From Promethearchaeota archaeon (GTDB lineage Archaea > Asgardarchaeota > Odinarchaeia > Odinarchaeales > JBHLKK01), in the NCBI GenBank assembly GCA_048939465.1, contig JBHLPL010000005.1:1-23354 (forward strand): a DNA stretch of 23,354 nucleotides. The letters run 5' to 3'. Below the pieces are notes generated by a model. The model did no database searches, was not told the origin of the DNA, and was given only the letters and a program-made list of their open reading frames with translations. The position numbers and the translations under genes were made by a program. Of the stretch, positions 16,190 to 23,354 are shown one piece after another. Each line of letters begins with the position of its first letter. Positions within the stretch are counted from its first letter, which is position 1.

Positions 16190-17879
16190 TCATAGCTGTT
16201 GTCTTGCACGGCTGTATTTTAAGGCCTCTTTGACGAACGCATGATAAATCGGAGATGGTGCATCCGGCCGCGATCTGAATTCTGGATGGAACTGAACACC
16301 TACTATCCAACTATCTCCTGATAGCTCGATTGCATTAATTATTCTCCCGGTAGGATCATACGCAGATGCAATTAGTCCTTTCTGCTCAGCTTGTTTCGCA
16401 TACTCGTTCATTATGTGATAACGATGTCTAAACCTCTCAACCACTCGCTCTTTTCCGTACGCCTCGAATAGTTTCGTGCCTTTTTTAATAAGGATTTCTT
16501 GCGCGCCTAGTCGCATGGTCCCGCCTTTACTGTCGACCTGCCTCTGCTCAGGAAGCAGGTCTACAACTGGGAATTTTGTATCTGAATCGACTTCGGTCGA
16601 ATTTGCCCCCTCTAATCCCAGCATTGAACGGCAAAAAGTAACAAAAAGAAGTTGGGCTCCAAAGCAGATTCCCAGGTAAGGAATCTTATGTTTTATCGCA
16701 TACTCAGCACATTTAGTCATTCCTTCCACTCCCCTGAAGCCAAAGCCAGGCGTTAAAAGTATACCATCGAATCCCTGCAATGCGGAAAGCTTGCTCGGAT
16801 TCTCTTCAAATTCTTCAGTCTCAATCCATTTTATCTCAACTTCAGCACCCGCGTGCGCACCAGCGTGCAATAAGGCTTCATTAATACTAACGTAGCTGTC
16901 AACAATTTCGCAATATTTTCCAGGCATAGCTATGTTAACAACTCTCCTTCGGTTCTTGAATAGCTCAGATATGCTCTTCCATTTATCCAAATCTGGTTTC
17001 TGTTTTTCTAGATTCAGGATTCTGCACAGGTATTTCCCAAGTCCCTGTTCCTCAAATATTAAGGGCATGTCGTACACCACATCTATATAGAGGCTGGAGA
17101 TAACCGCCTCCTGTGGAACATTACAGAATAGGCTAATCTTTTGTCGAATATCATCAGTCAGATCAGTCCGAGCACGTCCCACCATTACATCTGGCTGCAA
17201 ACCCATACCCTGCAATGCTTTGACGCTATGTTGGGATGGTTTAGATTTCAGTTGACCTACCTTTTCTAAATAGGGAACAAACGTTACGTGCACCAGCGCT
17301 GTGTCACCAGGGGGTTCTTCTAATCTAAATTGACGAATGGCCTCCAAGAAAGGCATAGCTTCTATGTCGCCAACCGTACCACCAACCTCGGTTATTACTG
17401 CGTCCGTTTTAGTTGTTTCTGAAACTAGGCGGATGCGCTTCTTTATCTCATCAGTAATGTGAGGAATGACTTGCACTGTCTTGCCGAGAAATTCTCCTTT
17501 ACGTTCTTTCAAAATCACAGAGAGGTAGATTTGTCCGCTAGTGATATTATTTCGGGGATGGATAGGATGACCCAGGAAACGTTCATACGTTCCAAAATCT
17601 TGGTCTATTTCAGAGATCGTGAATACAGAATCCTTAACGGGCTCGAAATCCCAGATTTCCTCCGTAACAAATACCTCGCCATGTTCACGTGGATTCAGTG
17701 TACCAGGATCCACGTTCAAATAGGGATCAATCTTTATGATATCCACGGAATAGCCTCGAAATTGCAGTATTTTTCCTATGGATGCTGCAGTAGCGCCTTT
17801 GCCTTTAGGCCAACTTAGGAGATTGTCCAGAAGGTATGCCCGACATGACGCCTCCTACAACGAATATATACTTTGTCAA
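16190..17879 (-). CDS. pyrG: CTP synthase, predicted spliced CDS join(17879..17836,17804..16190), 552 aa
   Basis: TTG 17879 gives MTKYIFVVGGVMSGI. After removing 31 nt the frame continues GKGATAASIGKILQFRGYSVDIIKIDPYLNVDPGT...KTVQVIPH...EVGGTVGDIE...GICFG...GGTMRLG...RHRY...QFHPEF. The track's 518-aa ORF lacks the N-terminus. Confidence 0.92.
17805..17835 (-). other. Putative 31-nt bulge-helix-bulge (BHB) mRNA intron in pyrG
   Basis: Pre-mRNA ...UGUC GGGC AU^A CCUUCUGGACAAUCUCCUAAGUUG GCCU AA^A GGCA...: 4-bp helix GGGC/GCCU, 3-nt bulges AUA and AAA, exon stem UGUC/GGCA extended by GGCGUC/GGCGCU. Cutting after nt 2 of each bulge restores the frame. Confidence 0.8.
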
Positions 17880-17899
17880 CTTTATCTCACACCATAAAT

Positions 17900-17925
17900 C
17901 TTGTTAATATTAAGAGCTTTTTAAC
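17900..17925 (-). promoter_or_regulatory. Putative BRE/TATA for the pyrG-nurA-herA transcript
   Basis: Minus strand AAAAAGCTC-TTAATATT about 30 nt upstream of the TTG start; GGTGTGAG just before the start. Confidence 0.35.
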
Positions 17926-18097
17926 GTTTCCGAGACAAGTTCCATTTTTGTGGAATTTGAGCCTGCATTTTAACAAATCCACTTACTTGCTCTTCAGATA
18001 TCTCCGTGGAGTTACAGTCTGTTTGATGCGTTTCTGCTGAAGTTTTGGCAGAAGTTGATTTTAACGTTCACTGAAAAACTTCCACACAATCAATCAT

Positions 18098-18411
18098 GTG
18101 AACTACCCGTATCTCTCGCAAGGGGCTTCCTCCCTCGCTCTCCGGATCGCTAATAGGTCTCCTTTCACAGCGGTGAACCCCGGCGAGGTTTGGGGCTTGT
18201 TCACTTCCCGTTGCAAGCAGTCACAGGCTGCTGGAAAGCCGTTTTCTTAAGCGAATATTCTGAGAGCCGGTTACGTGTGTTGACGCGGCTGCTCGACACC
18301 CTTCTTCACTTTCGAGACCACAGACCTCAGCCTTAAATATCCAAGAAAATACTTAAACGCAATGCAATTTATCCCCACGCTCTCGAATGGAGGCCTCTCG
18401 TGGAGAAAGAG
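18098..18411 (-). mobile_element. Non-autonomous IS200/IS605 (IS1341/tnpB-type) remnant or MITE with both end motifs
   Basis: Minus strand ends GGAAGCCCCTTGCGAGAGATACGGGTAGTTCAC (right-end-like, TCAC at 18098). The other end reads ACGAGAGGCCTCCATTCGAGAGCGTGGGGATAAATTGC (left-end-like). An internal frame EVCGLE...HVTGSQNIRLRK resembles the TnpB C-terminus. The left boundary is approximate. Confidence 0.6.
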
Positions 18412-18427
18412 ATAAAGGTGCTGTCAA

Positions 18428-18802
18428 ATGCAATTTGATGACGCAGACGATTATCTCAATAAGGCGTCGAAGCATGTTGATAAAGCGATCTCTAATCTGG
18501 CAGATTACGATAATACTGGTATTTACGATGCGGCTTGGCATGCCAGATCAGAGCTAGAGTGTTTTACCATAATACTAGCCCTGAAGCTCGAAGATGACGT
18601 TGAAAAGCCAGAAATGTTGAAACGTGTCAGGGTAAGTTCCAAAGACAGAAAAAAGGACGTGTTGCTCGCCTCTGCCCAGAGTCTTCTGAATAATTCTACT
18701 GAGGCGTTTGGCAAGAAAAACTTTGAAGACGCGTTGAAATATAGCTGGAGGGCCAAGGAAATGTTGACGGCACTAATTAGACTGATTAAATCTAAGAGCT
18801 GA
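18428..18802 (+). CDS. Hypothetical all-helical protein with an apparent two-fold internal repeat
   Basis: 124-aa ORF with a GGTG RBS; LNKASKHVDKAISNLADYD...AAWHAR versus LASAQSLLNNSTEAFGKKN...YSWRAK. Confidence 0.65.
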   Translation: MQFDDADDYLNKASKHVDKAISNLADYDNTGIYDAAWHARSELECFTIILALKLEDDVEKPEMLKRVRVSSKDRKKDVLLASAQSLLNNSTEAFGKKNFEDALKYSWRAKEMLTALIRLIKSKS

Positions 18803-18825
18803 TTTCTTCCTTTTCAAGGAGTGCC

Positions 18826-19848
18826 TTACAGAAGTTCCGAACGTCTGTCGATAGTTTCGACGGCATCAGGTCCCGTTCCTATAAGAGTTACAGGAAGCCT
18901 TAATTCCTCTTCGATTTTTCTAATGAAATCCTTGCCGGTATTTGGCAATTCATCGAAAGTCTGAGAACCTTTGCATTCAGGATAAATAACATCGAGTTTA
19001 GTTACCGCCGCTTGCGTAGCACCATTTATGAAAGCCGCTCTTTTGGCTAGCTCAAAATTGAACGGAGCCGAGCGTCTTTTTCGACCGGTAACCGTAGCGA
19101 CTTCGAACCAGCCTCGCTTCTTCGACTCTTCTTCACTCAGTTCTCCAGGCAACGGTCCACCCCCAACTCGAGTTGTATAAGCTTTGAATACAACGATAAC
19201 ATCTGTAACATTTGTCGGACCGATTCCAAGGTCCGAACAAGCAGCAGCAGCACATACATCTTTGCTTGTACAATAGGGATAGGTCCCGTGAAATAGAGAG
19301 ATATAGGTTCCTTGACTGCTTTCAACCAGTATTTTTCCATTTTTGCTAAGTGTTTGATTTATCTCTAAGGGAACATCGGTTATCCATCTCTTGAGTTCTG
19401 GTACTTCTTTGGCTATTTTTCCGATTCTTTCGACCCGATCTACATTTGCGGGTCCACACCCCGTCCCTGTGCTCCCGATTTTCCCTTTCAGATGATCTGA
19501 GGACTTGTCTCTATCGATGTGCTTCTGCTCAATTACACCACATTGCTTATCAATTCCCACACGGTCACTTATACCAGTCAACTCTATTTCTTTAAGAAAG
19601 ATGTTGGGGTCTACTAGCACACCAGGCCCTATGAGAATCCTAGCATCCTTCGCTATAAAGCCACTCGGTATTTGCCTGAGTTTGTAAGTTTTTCCTTCGT
19701 ACTGTACTGTATGTCCAGCATTCGTGCCGACACCTGCTCGCGCTACTATATCGGGGTTATCCTTTATGGATAGATGAGATATTATCTTCCCTTTACCCTC
19801 GTCACCAAAAAATCCTCCCACAAGAATAGTGCATGGCATAAATTTCAC
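18826..19848 (-). CDS. purA: Adenylosuccinate synthetase (short archaeal type; start probably ATG 19839)
   Basis: GGFFGDEGKGK, GTNAGHT, IGSTGTGCGPA, ESSQG, GTYPYCTS, YTTRVGGGP, ATVTGRKRR. Confidence 0.96.
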   Translation of the reverse strand: MKFMPCTILVGGFFGDEGKGKIISHLSIKDNPDIVARAGVGTNAGHTVQYEGKTYKLRQIPSGFIAKDARILIGPGVLVDPNIFLKEIELTGISDRVGIDKQCGVIEQKHIDRDKSSDHLKGKIGSTGTGCGPANVDRVERIGKIAKEVPELKRWITDVPLEINQTLSKNGKILVESSQGTYISLFHGTYPYCTSKDVCAAAACSDLGIGPTNVTDVIVVFKAYTTRVGGGPLPGELSEEESKKRGWFEVATVTGRKRRSAPFNFELAKRAAFINGATQAAVTKLDVIYPECKGSQTFDELPNTGKDFIRKIEEELRLPVTLIGTGPDAVETIDRRSELL

Positions 19849-19923
19849 CCCAATTTAGCTAATCGGTTTAGCTTTAAAAGCTATCGGTGATAATTCTTGT
19901 TTTCCGGATCTTCGTATTGTGCA

Positions 19924-21153
19924 CTATGCAAGAGATTGTTTGATTCGTTCTTCGATTATGTTCCTGGATCGTTCCTCCAAAACATAGGCGGGGATGTCAT
20001 ACAGCGTTATACGGCCACGTCTTCCTCGTCTTCCTCTCCCTATGGGGCCGACTATCATACCAATAATCCCTAAATCAGACAAAACGGATACATGTTTTCT
20101 GAAAGTAGGTTTGGTATGCTTTCTTGTATTGAACTCTTCGCATGCGATCTTGTAATATTCATATGCTTCATCTATTGTTGTAGCAGTAATACTGCGGCGT
20201 TTCAGACGTTTTGCTATACCCATTGCGGTGAGAAGCTCATGAGTCTTCAGATTGTAGAAAACGTCAGGTCTGAGCTCAGGATACACATCTCCTTTTACCC
20301 TTCTGATCATCTCCGGCGTTATGATGTCCTCAGCCATATAGTCCGCCAATTTTCCGGACAGATGAAGCATTTCAATTCCGTGCCGAGCATTTTCTGTCTT
20401 AGAAGCTACTTCCGCTATCATATCAATAACTTCAGAGGAGATGACTTTTGGCTTGAAGGCGAGCTTTGCCCGATAGTCTATGATCTCTAGTAAATCATTT
20501 TTGTTATACCCCTTCATGTCAATCTGATCTTGGATATGGCCAGAAAGCTGAGCATCTAACATGGTTTTCCATTCGGTCGGTCGGCTAATTATTATGGTTG
20601 AAATACTTGACCGGCCGAAGCCATAAACCTCTGCGGCATGTATCAAGCTCAGAATGGCATCACCGCCAATTATACACGCCTCATCTATCACTAGGAGGAG
20701 CCTGGCTTGTTCACTATTGAGGCGCTTTATTAGCATGCTTAGCAGTTCTTCATCCGAAAAACCACGACTAGTTATGTTAAATCTCTCAGTAAGCAAGTTA
20801 CGTAGAATGGCGGTTTTTGTGCGGAAGGTATAGCAGTTGTAATATGCAAAATATATCGTGACATCGTTTTTCTGTTTGGCCTTCTTGACAAGACGCTCGC
20901 CTAGGTATTTAACCATGGCTGTCTTTCCAGTACCTGGACCGCCTATGACTGCTACGTTAACAGCATAAGCCCCTTCTTTTATAAGTAAAGGTTTGAAGTC
21001 CCGGCCTATCATAATAATCTCTTTTTCACGTCTCGGTAATTCATCGGGTATGAACTCAGGGAATAACTTGGTTTCACCTTCTTTCTTGAAGACTGATGTC
21101 CCAAATAGAGCACGTTCGACTAAATCATTTGCTTCCCTCAAGTCATCCACCAT
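19924..21153 (-). CDS. cdc6: Orc1/Cdc6 family AAA+ replication initiator
   Basis: LFPEFIPDELPRRE, Walker A GGPGTGKT, YYNC, Walker B LVIDE, NARHGIEML, C-terminal winged helix (GRGRRGR). Confidence 0.9.
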   Translation of the reverse strand: MVDDLREANDLVERALFGTSVFKKEGETKLFPEFIPDELPRREKEIIMIGRDFKPLLIKEGAYAVNVAVIGGPGTGKTAMVKYLGERLVKKAKQKNDVTIYFAYYNCYTFRTKTAILRNLLTERFNITSRGFSDEELLSMLIKRLNSEQARLLLVIDEACIIGGDAILSLIHAAEVYGFGRSSISTIIISRPTEWKTMLDAQLSGHIQDQIDMKGYNKNDLLEIIDYRAKLAFKPKVISSEVIDMIAEVASKTENARHGIEMLHLSGKLADYMAEDIITPEMIRRVKGDVYPELRPDVFYNLKTHELLTAMGIAKRLKRRSITATTIDEAYEYYKIACEEFNTRKHTKPTFRKHVSVLSDLGIIGMIVGPIGRGRRGRRGRITLYDIPAYVLEERSRNIIEERIKQSLA

Positions 21154-21310
21154 AATCTAGTTTCATAATTCTGTTATTTAACGAATTCGGCTGGGTGTCA
21201 AATCTGAAAGATTGGTAGGTTAATATATGTTAGGCCCTTTCATTGAGGTAAGAATACAGCAAACAAAAGACTTTAAGAGGGGTTTGAGTTTCTCACCTTA
21301 ATGGTGAAAA

Positions 21311-21523
21311 TTGTTGCGTTGTCCAGAATGCGCCGGGGAAATGAAGTTTAATCGCGATACATATCATTACGTTTGTATGAGATGCGGGCTAGCGCTTACT
21401 AGAAGTGAGCTTGACAAAGCGAGAGAAAAGCAAAGAGAGCTATACAGGAAAGAAAAAGAAAGAGATGTCGGTAAAGAAAATAGAAAAGATTACCTCAAAT
21501 GGTGGCTTTCAAGAAAGGAATGA
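21311..21523 (+). CDS. Small Zn-ribbon protein of unknown function
   Basis: CPECAG...CMRCG, charged helix and YLKWWLS tail; GGTGA RBS. Confidence 0.8.
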   Translation: MLRCPECAGEMKFNRDTYHYVCMRCGLALTRSELDKAREKQRELYRKEKERDVGKENRKDYLKWWLSRKE

Positions 21524-21539
21524 ACAAGAATCGGAGAAC

Positions 21540-22376
21540 TCACTCTAGGAACACTCTCAGAAGATCTTGATCCCGTATGAGCCCGGAGAGTCTACCTTCT
21601 GCGTTTAACACCGGAACCTGATCAATATCGGATTTTTTCATTTTGGCAGCGCACTCACTAACGGTTACTTGTTCAACGACTGTTATTACGTTGCTGATCA
21701 TGATCTCATTTATAGGTTTTTGAGGCAGCTTCAGCTCCTTCTTCGTTATGTAAAGAATATCTTCGGTATCCCATGACCAGCCTGTCCCTTCGCTCGTAGC
21801 CTGCATACTTGAGACCTTGTTATCAGATATGATCTCACTGTGTGAGAATATGTCAACCTCCGAGACTATGCCGCAGAGTTCACCATTATCGTTCAAAACA
21901 TGAAGAACTCTCGTTTTTGCAAGATCCATAATGGTATATGCCACAGGTAAGGGCGTCCCATCCCATACTGCAATAACGTTTCTCACAACATAAGGCTTGA
22001 TTGTCTTCGGAAGATCCATTTTAGGAATCGCTTTCCAGACGACATCCGCAACCGTAACTATACCTACTAAGACATCTCCATCTACCACAGGAATTCTTCT
22101 GATTCTATGGTCCAGAAGTACACGAACAACGTCAGCAACAGACATGTCAGGAGTTACAGTAACAGGATTCCTCGACATTAAAAGAGCAATTTGATTTTCA
22201 TCGGGCTTCTTCAACAAGTCCGTCTTTGTTATCATACCAACAACAGTTCGAGTGCCTTTCTTGACGACGGGTAGTCCATCAAGCTTGTGTTTATTCATTA
22301 GGTCTAGGAGTTCGGTTCTTGTACCTGGAACCTCGGCAAATCTGACATCAGGTGTCATTATTTCTTCAACTTTCAT
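21540..22376 (-). CDS. CBS-domain protein (four CBS repeats)
   Basis: VEEIMT, LPVV, GMITKTDLL, IRRIPVVD..LVGIVT, VPVL..GRLSGLI. ATG 22376 follows GAGGTGA (the track starts at 22385). Confidence 0.9.
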   Translation of the reverse strand: MKVEEIMTPDVRFAEVPGTRTELLDLMNKHKLDGLPVVKKGTRTVVGMITKTDLLKKPDENQIALLMSRNPVTVTPDMSVADVVRVLLDHRIRRIPVVDGDVLVGIVTVADVVWKAIPKMDLPKTIKPYVVRNVIAVWDGTPLPVAYTIMDLAKTRVLHVLNDNGELCGIVSEVDIFSHSEIISDNKVSSMQATSEGTGWSWDTEDILYITKKELKLPQKPINEIMISNVITVVEQVTVSECAAKMKKSDIDQVPVLNAEGRLSGLIRDQDLLRVFLE

Positions 22377-22758
22377 CTGAATCACCTCAGTGATTCTCCT
22401 TCCGAAATGTGGAGAGGAATTGAGTGGTTCTTAGATCCGTTTTTCCATGCATGCAAATATGTCTGAAGACACACCTCTCTCCGATTTGGAAACGGTTAAT
22501 GACCGATGCGGGTGGGTAAGATAGGTTGTACAGCCTGACGCTACATGCAGATTACTGGGCTGGGGTTCAGTAAACCACCTCTTGATTTGACGTGGGAATA
22601 GAGCAAAGGCGGTAGGAGAGTTGTGGCCTCGTATAGTCATAGACTCCTCCCTCGCGGAAGGAGTAGTTTACTAAGAGCATCCTCCGTAGGTTGGTTAAAG
22701 TCATAAAAGGTATCCTCCGAAAAGATTCCACCCCATAATCTATTGATACTACAGTCCT

Positions 22759-23076
22759 TTAAAATCTTCTGAAATTGGGATTTCCTGGCTCCAGATTACA
22801 CGTACAAGGAATATTTCCGCATCGCGGACAATAACCAGGGTATTTCTGCTTGGCTGCGCTTTCCAAATCAACGTCAGCAATGTTTGCCAGACCGCATAAC
22901 CAAGCAAAAACGTCGGCAAATTCTTCCTCAAGCGACTTCCTATCTTTTTTTAAAATAGCATCAGAAAGTTCACCAATCTCTTCAACAAGCCACATAAAGG
23001 TTCGCGGTATGCCTCTTCTTAAATCATTCTTTATGTAAATGTCTCTAATCAATTCTTGGAACTGCTTGATCCGCAC
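22759..23076 (-). CDS. MazG-like nucleotide pyrophosphohydrolase (COG1694-like) with C-terminal Cys cluster
   Basis: LVEEIGELS...EEEFADVFAWL...KYPGYCPRCGNIPCTC. Start moved to GTG 23076 because the longer track start overlaps glyA. Confidence 0.85.
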   Translation of the reverse strand: MRIKQFQELIRDIYIKNDLRRGIPRTFMWLVEEIGELSDAILKKDRKSLEEEFADVFAWLCGLANIADVDLESAAKQKYPGYCPRCGNIPCTCNLEPGNPNFRRF

Positions 23077-23098
23077 CTTATTTACCACCAGAGGAATT

Positions 23099-23354
23099 CT
23101 AACAGATCTTAATATATTCGTATGCATCTGTAGAATCATCAAAACAGTAATGCACTTTTTGAAAATCCTTCCTAAACTCCTTTACTTCTTCCTTTATTCT
23201 TTCCGGACTTTCTCTGTCAATTACTACCCGCTTCATGAATTCTGCGATTGCATCCATTTCCGATTCTTTCATTCCTATATGCGTGACTTCGCTGGTACCA
23301 AGCCTTATTCCGCCTGGGCGCTTATAGTCTCTTCCTTCTCTTACATCCCATGGT
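23099..23354 (-). CDS. glyA: Serine hydroxymethyltransferase, 3' end (N-terminus off the right edge)
   Basis: Hand translation: PWDVREGRDYKRPGGIRLGTSEVTHIGMKESEMDAIAEFMKRVVIDRESPERIKEEVKEFRKDFQKVHYCFDDSTDAYEYIKIC*, stop at 23101-23099. Confidence 0.9.
   Translation of the reverse strand, partial: PWDVREGRDYKRPGGIRLGTSEVTHIGMKESEMDAIAEFMKRVVIDRESPERIKEEVKEFRKDFQKVHYCFDDSTDAYEYIKIC

Noticed and set aside
16190-17879. pyrG as a simple pseudogene, or starting at GTG 17746
   Set aside because: The rest of the gene has all catalytic motifs intact, and a 17746 start would drop the conserved GGVxSxxGKG loop. The single lesion coincides exactly with BHB cut sites. Not fully excluded without RNA data.
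17940-18095. ORB-like fragments (TTCCA-TTTTTG-TGGAA, CTCCGTGGAG) upstream of pyrG
   Set aside because: Spacing differs from the ORB consensus, there is no G-string, the motif is not repeated consistently, and it is far from cdc6.
21154-21310. Replication origin beside cdc6
   Set aside because: No repeated ORB or mini-ORB motif (TTCCAGTGGAAAC with G-string) and no long AT-rich unwinding element; the gap looks like a plain divergent promoter.
22759-23142. Track start of the MazG-like ORF at 23142
   Set aside because: It overlaps the glyA 3' end (stop 23099); GTG 23076 has an RBS and matches where the family begins.
1-23354. CRISPR arrays, rRNA/tRNA genes, TPP riboswitch, inteins in Cdc6 or HerA
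   Set aside because: No regularly spaced repeats or RNA-gene signatures seen by eye; protein lengths are normal with no intein motifs.

Overview
Archaeal chromosomal window, TACK- or Asgard-like by gene content (Nop5/fibrillarin, Sm, Cdc6/Orc1, NurA/HerA, short-type PurA); the lineage cannot be fixed from sequence alone. It is mostly housekeeping: a wHTH-PfkB fusion (off the left edge), an ECF S-component, two tandem Pol-beta-family nucleotidyltransferases, nop5-flpA, a SAM methyltransferase, carbamate kinase, thiC, Sm, DUF460, an ArsR regulator, herA-nurA, pyrG, purA, cdc6, Zn-ribbon and CBS proteins, a MazG-like enzyme and the 3' end of glyA. The standout is pyrG (CTP synthase). Its N-terminal GGVMSG(I)GKG motif is interrupted by a 31-nt insert (17805-17835, minus strand) carrying a stop and a frameshift. 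The insert's junctions fall exactly at the cleavage positions of a bulge-helix-bulge (BHB) fold, so it is a candidate endonuclease-spliced mRNA intron. Other notable items: a decayed RIO2 kinase gene, a ~310-bp IS200/IS605-derived non-autonomous element, a frameshifted nucleotidyltransferase remnant flanking a DUF2769 gene, and a possible uptake/kinase-regulator/nucleotidyltransferase salvage module.
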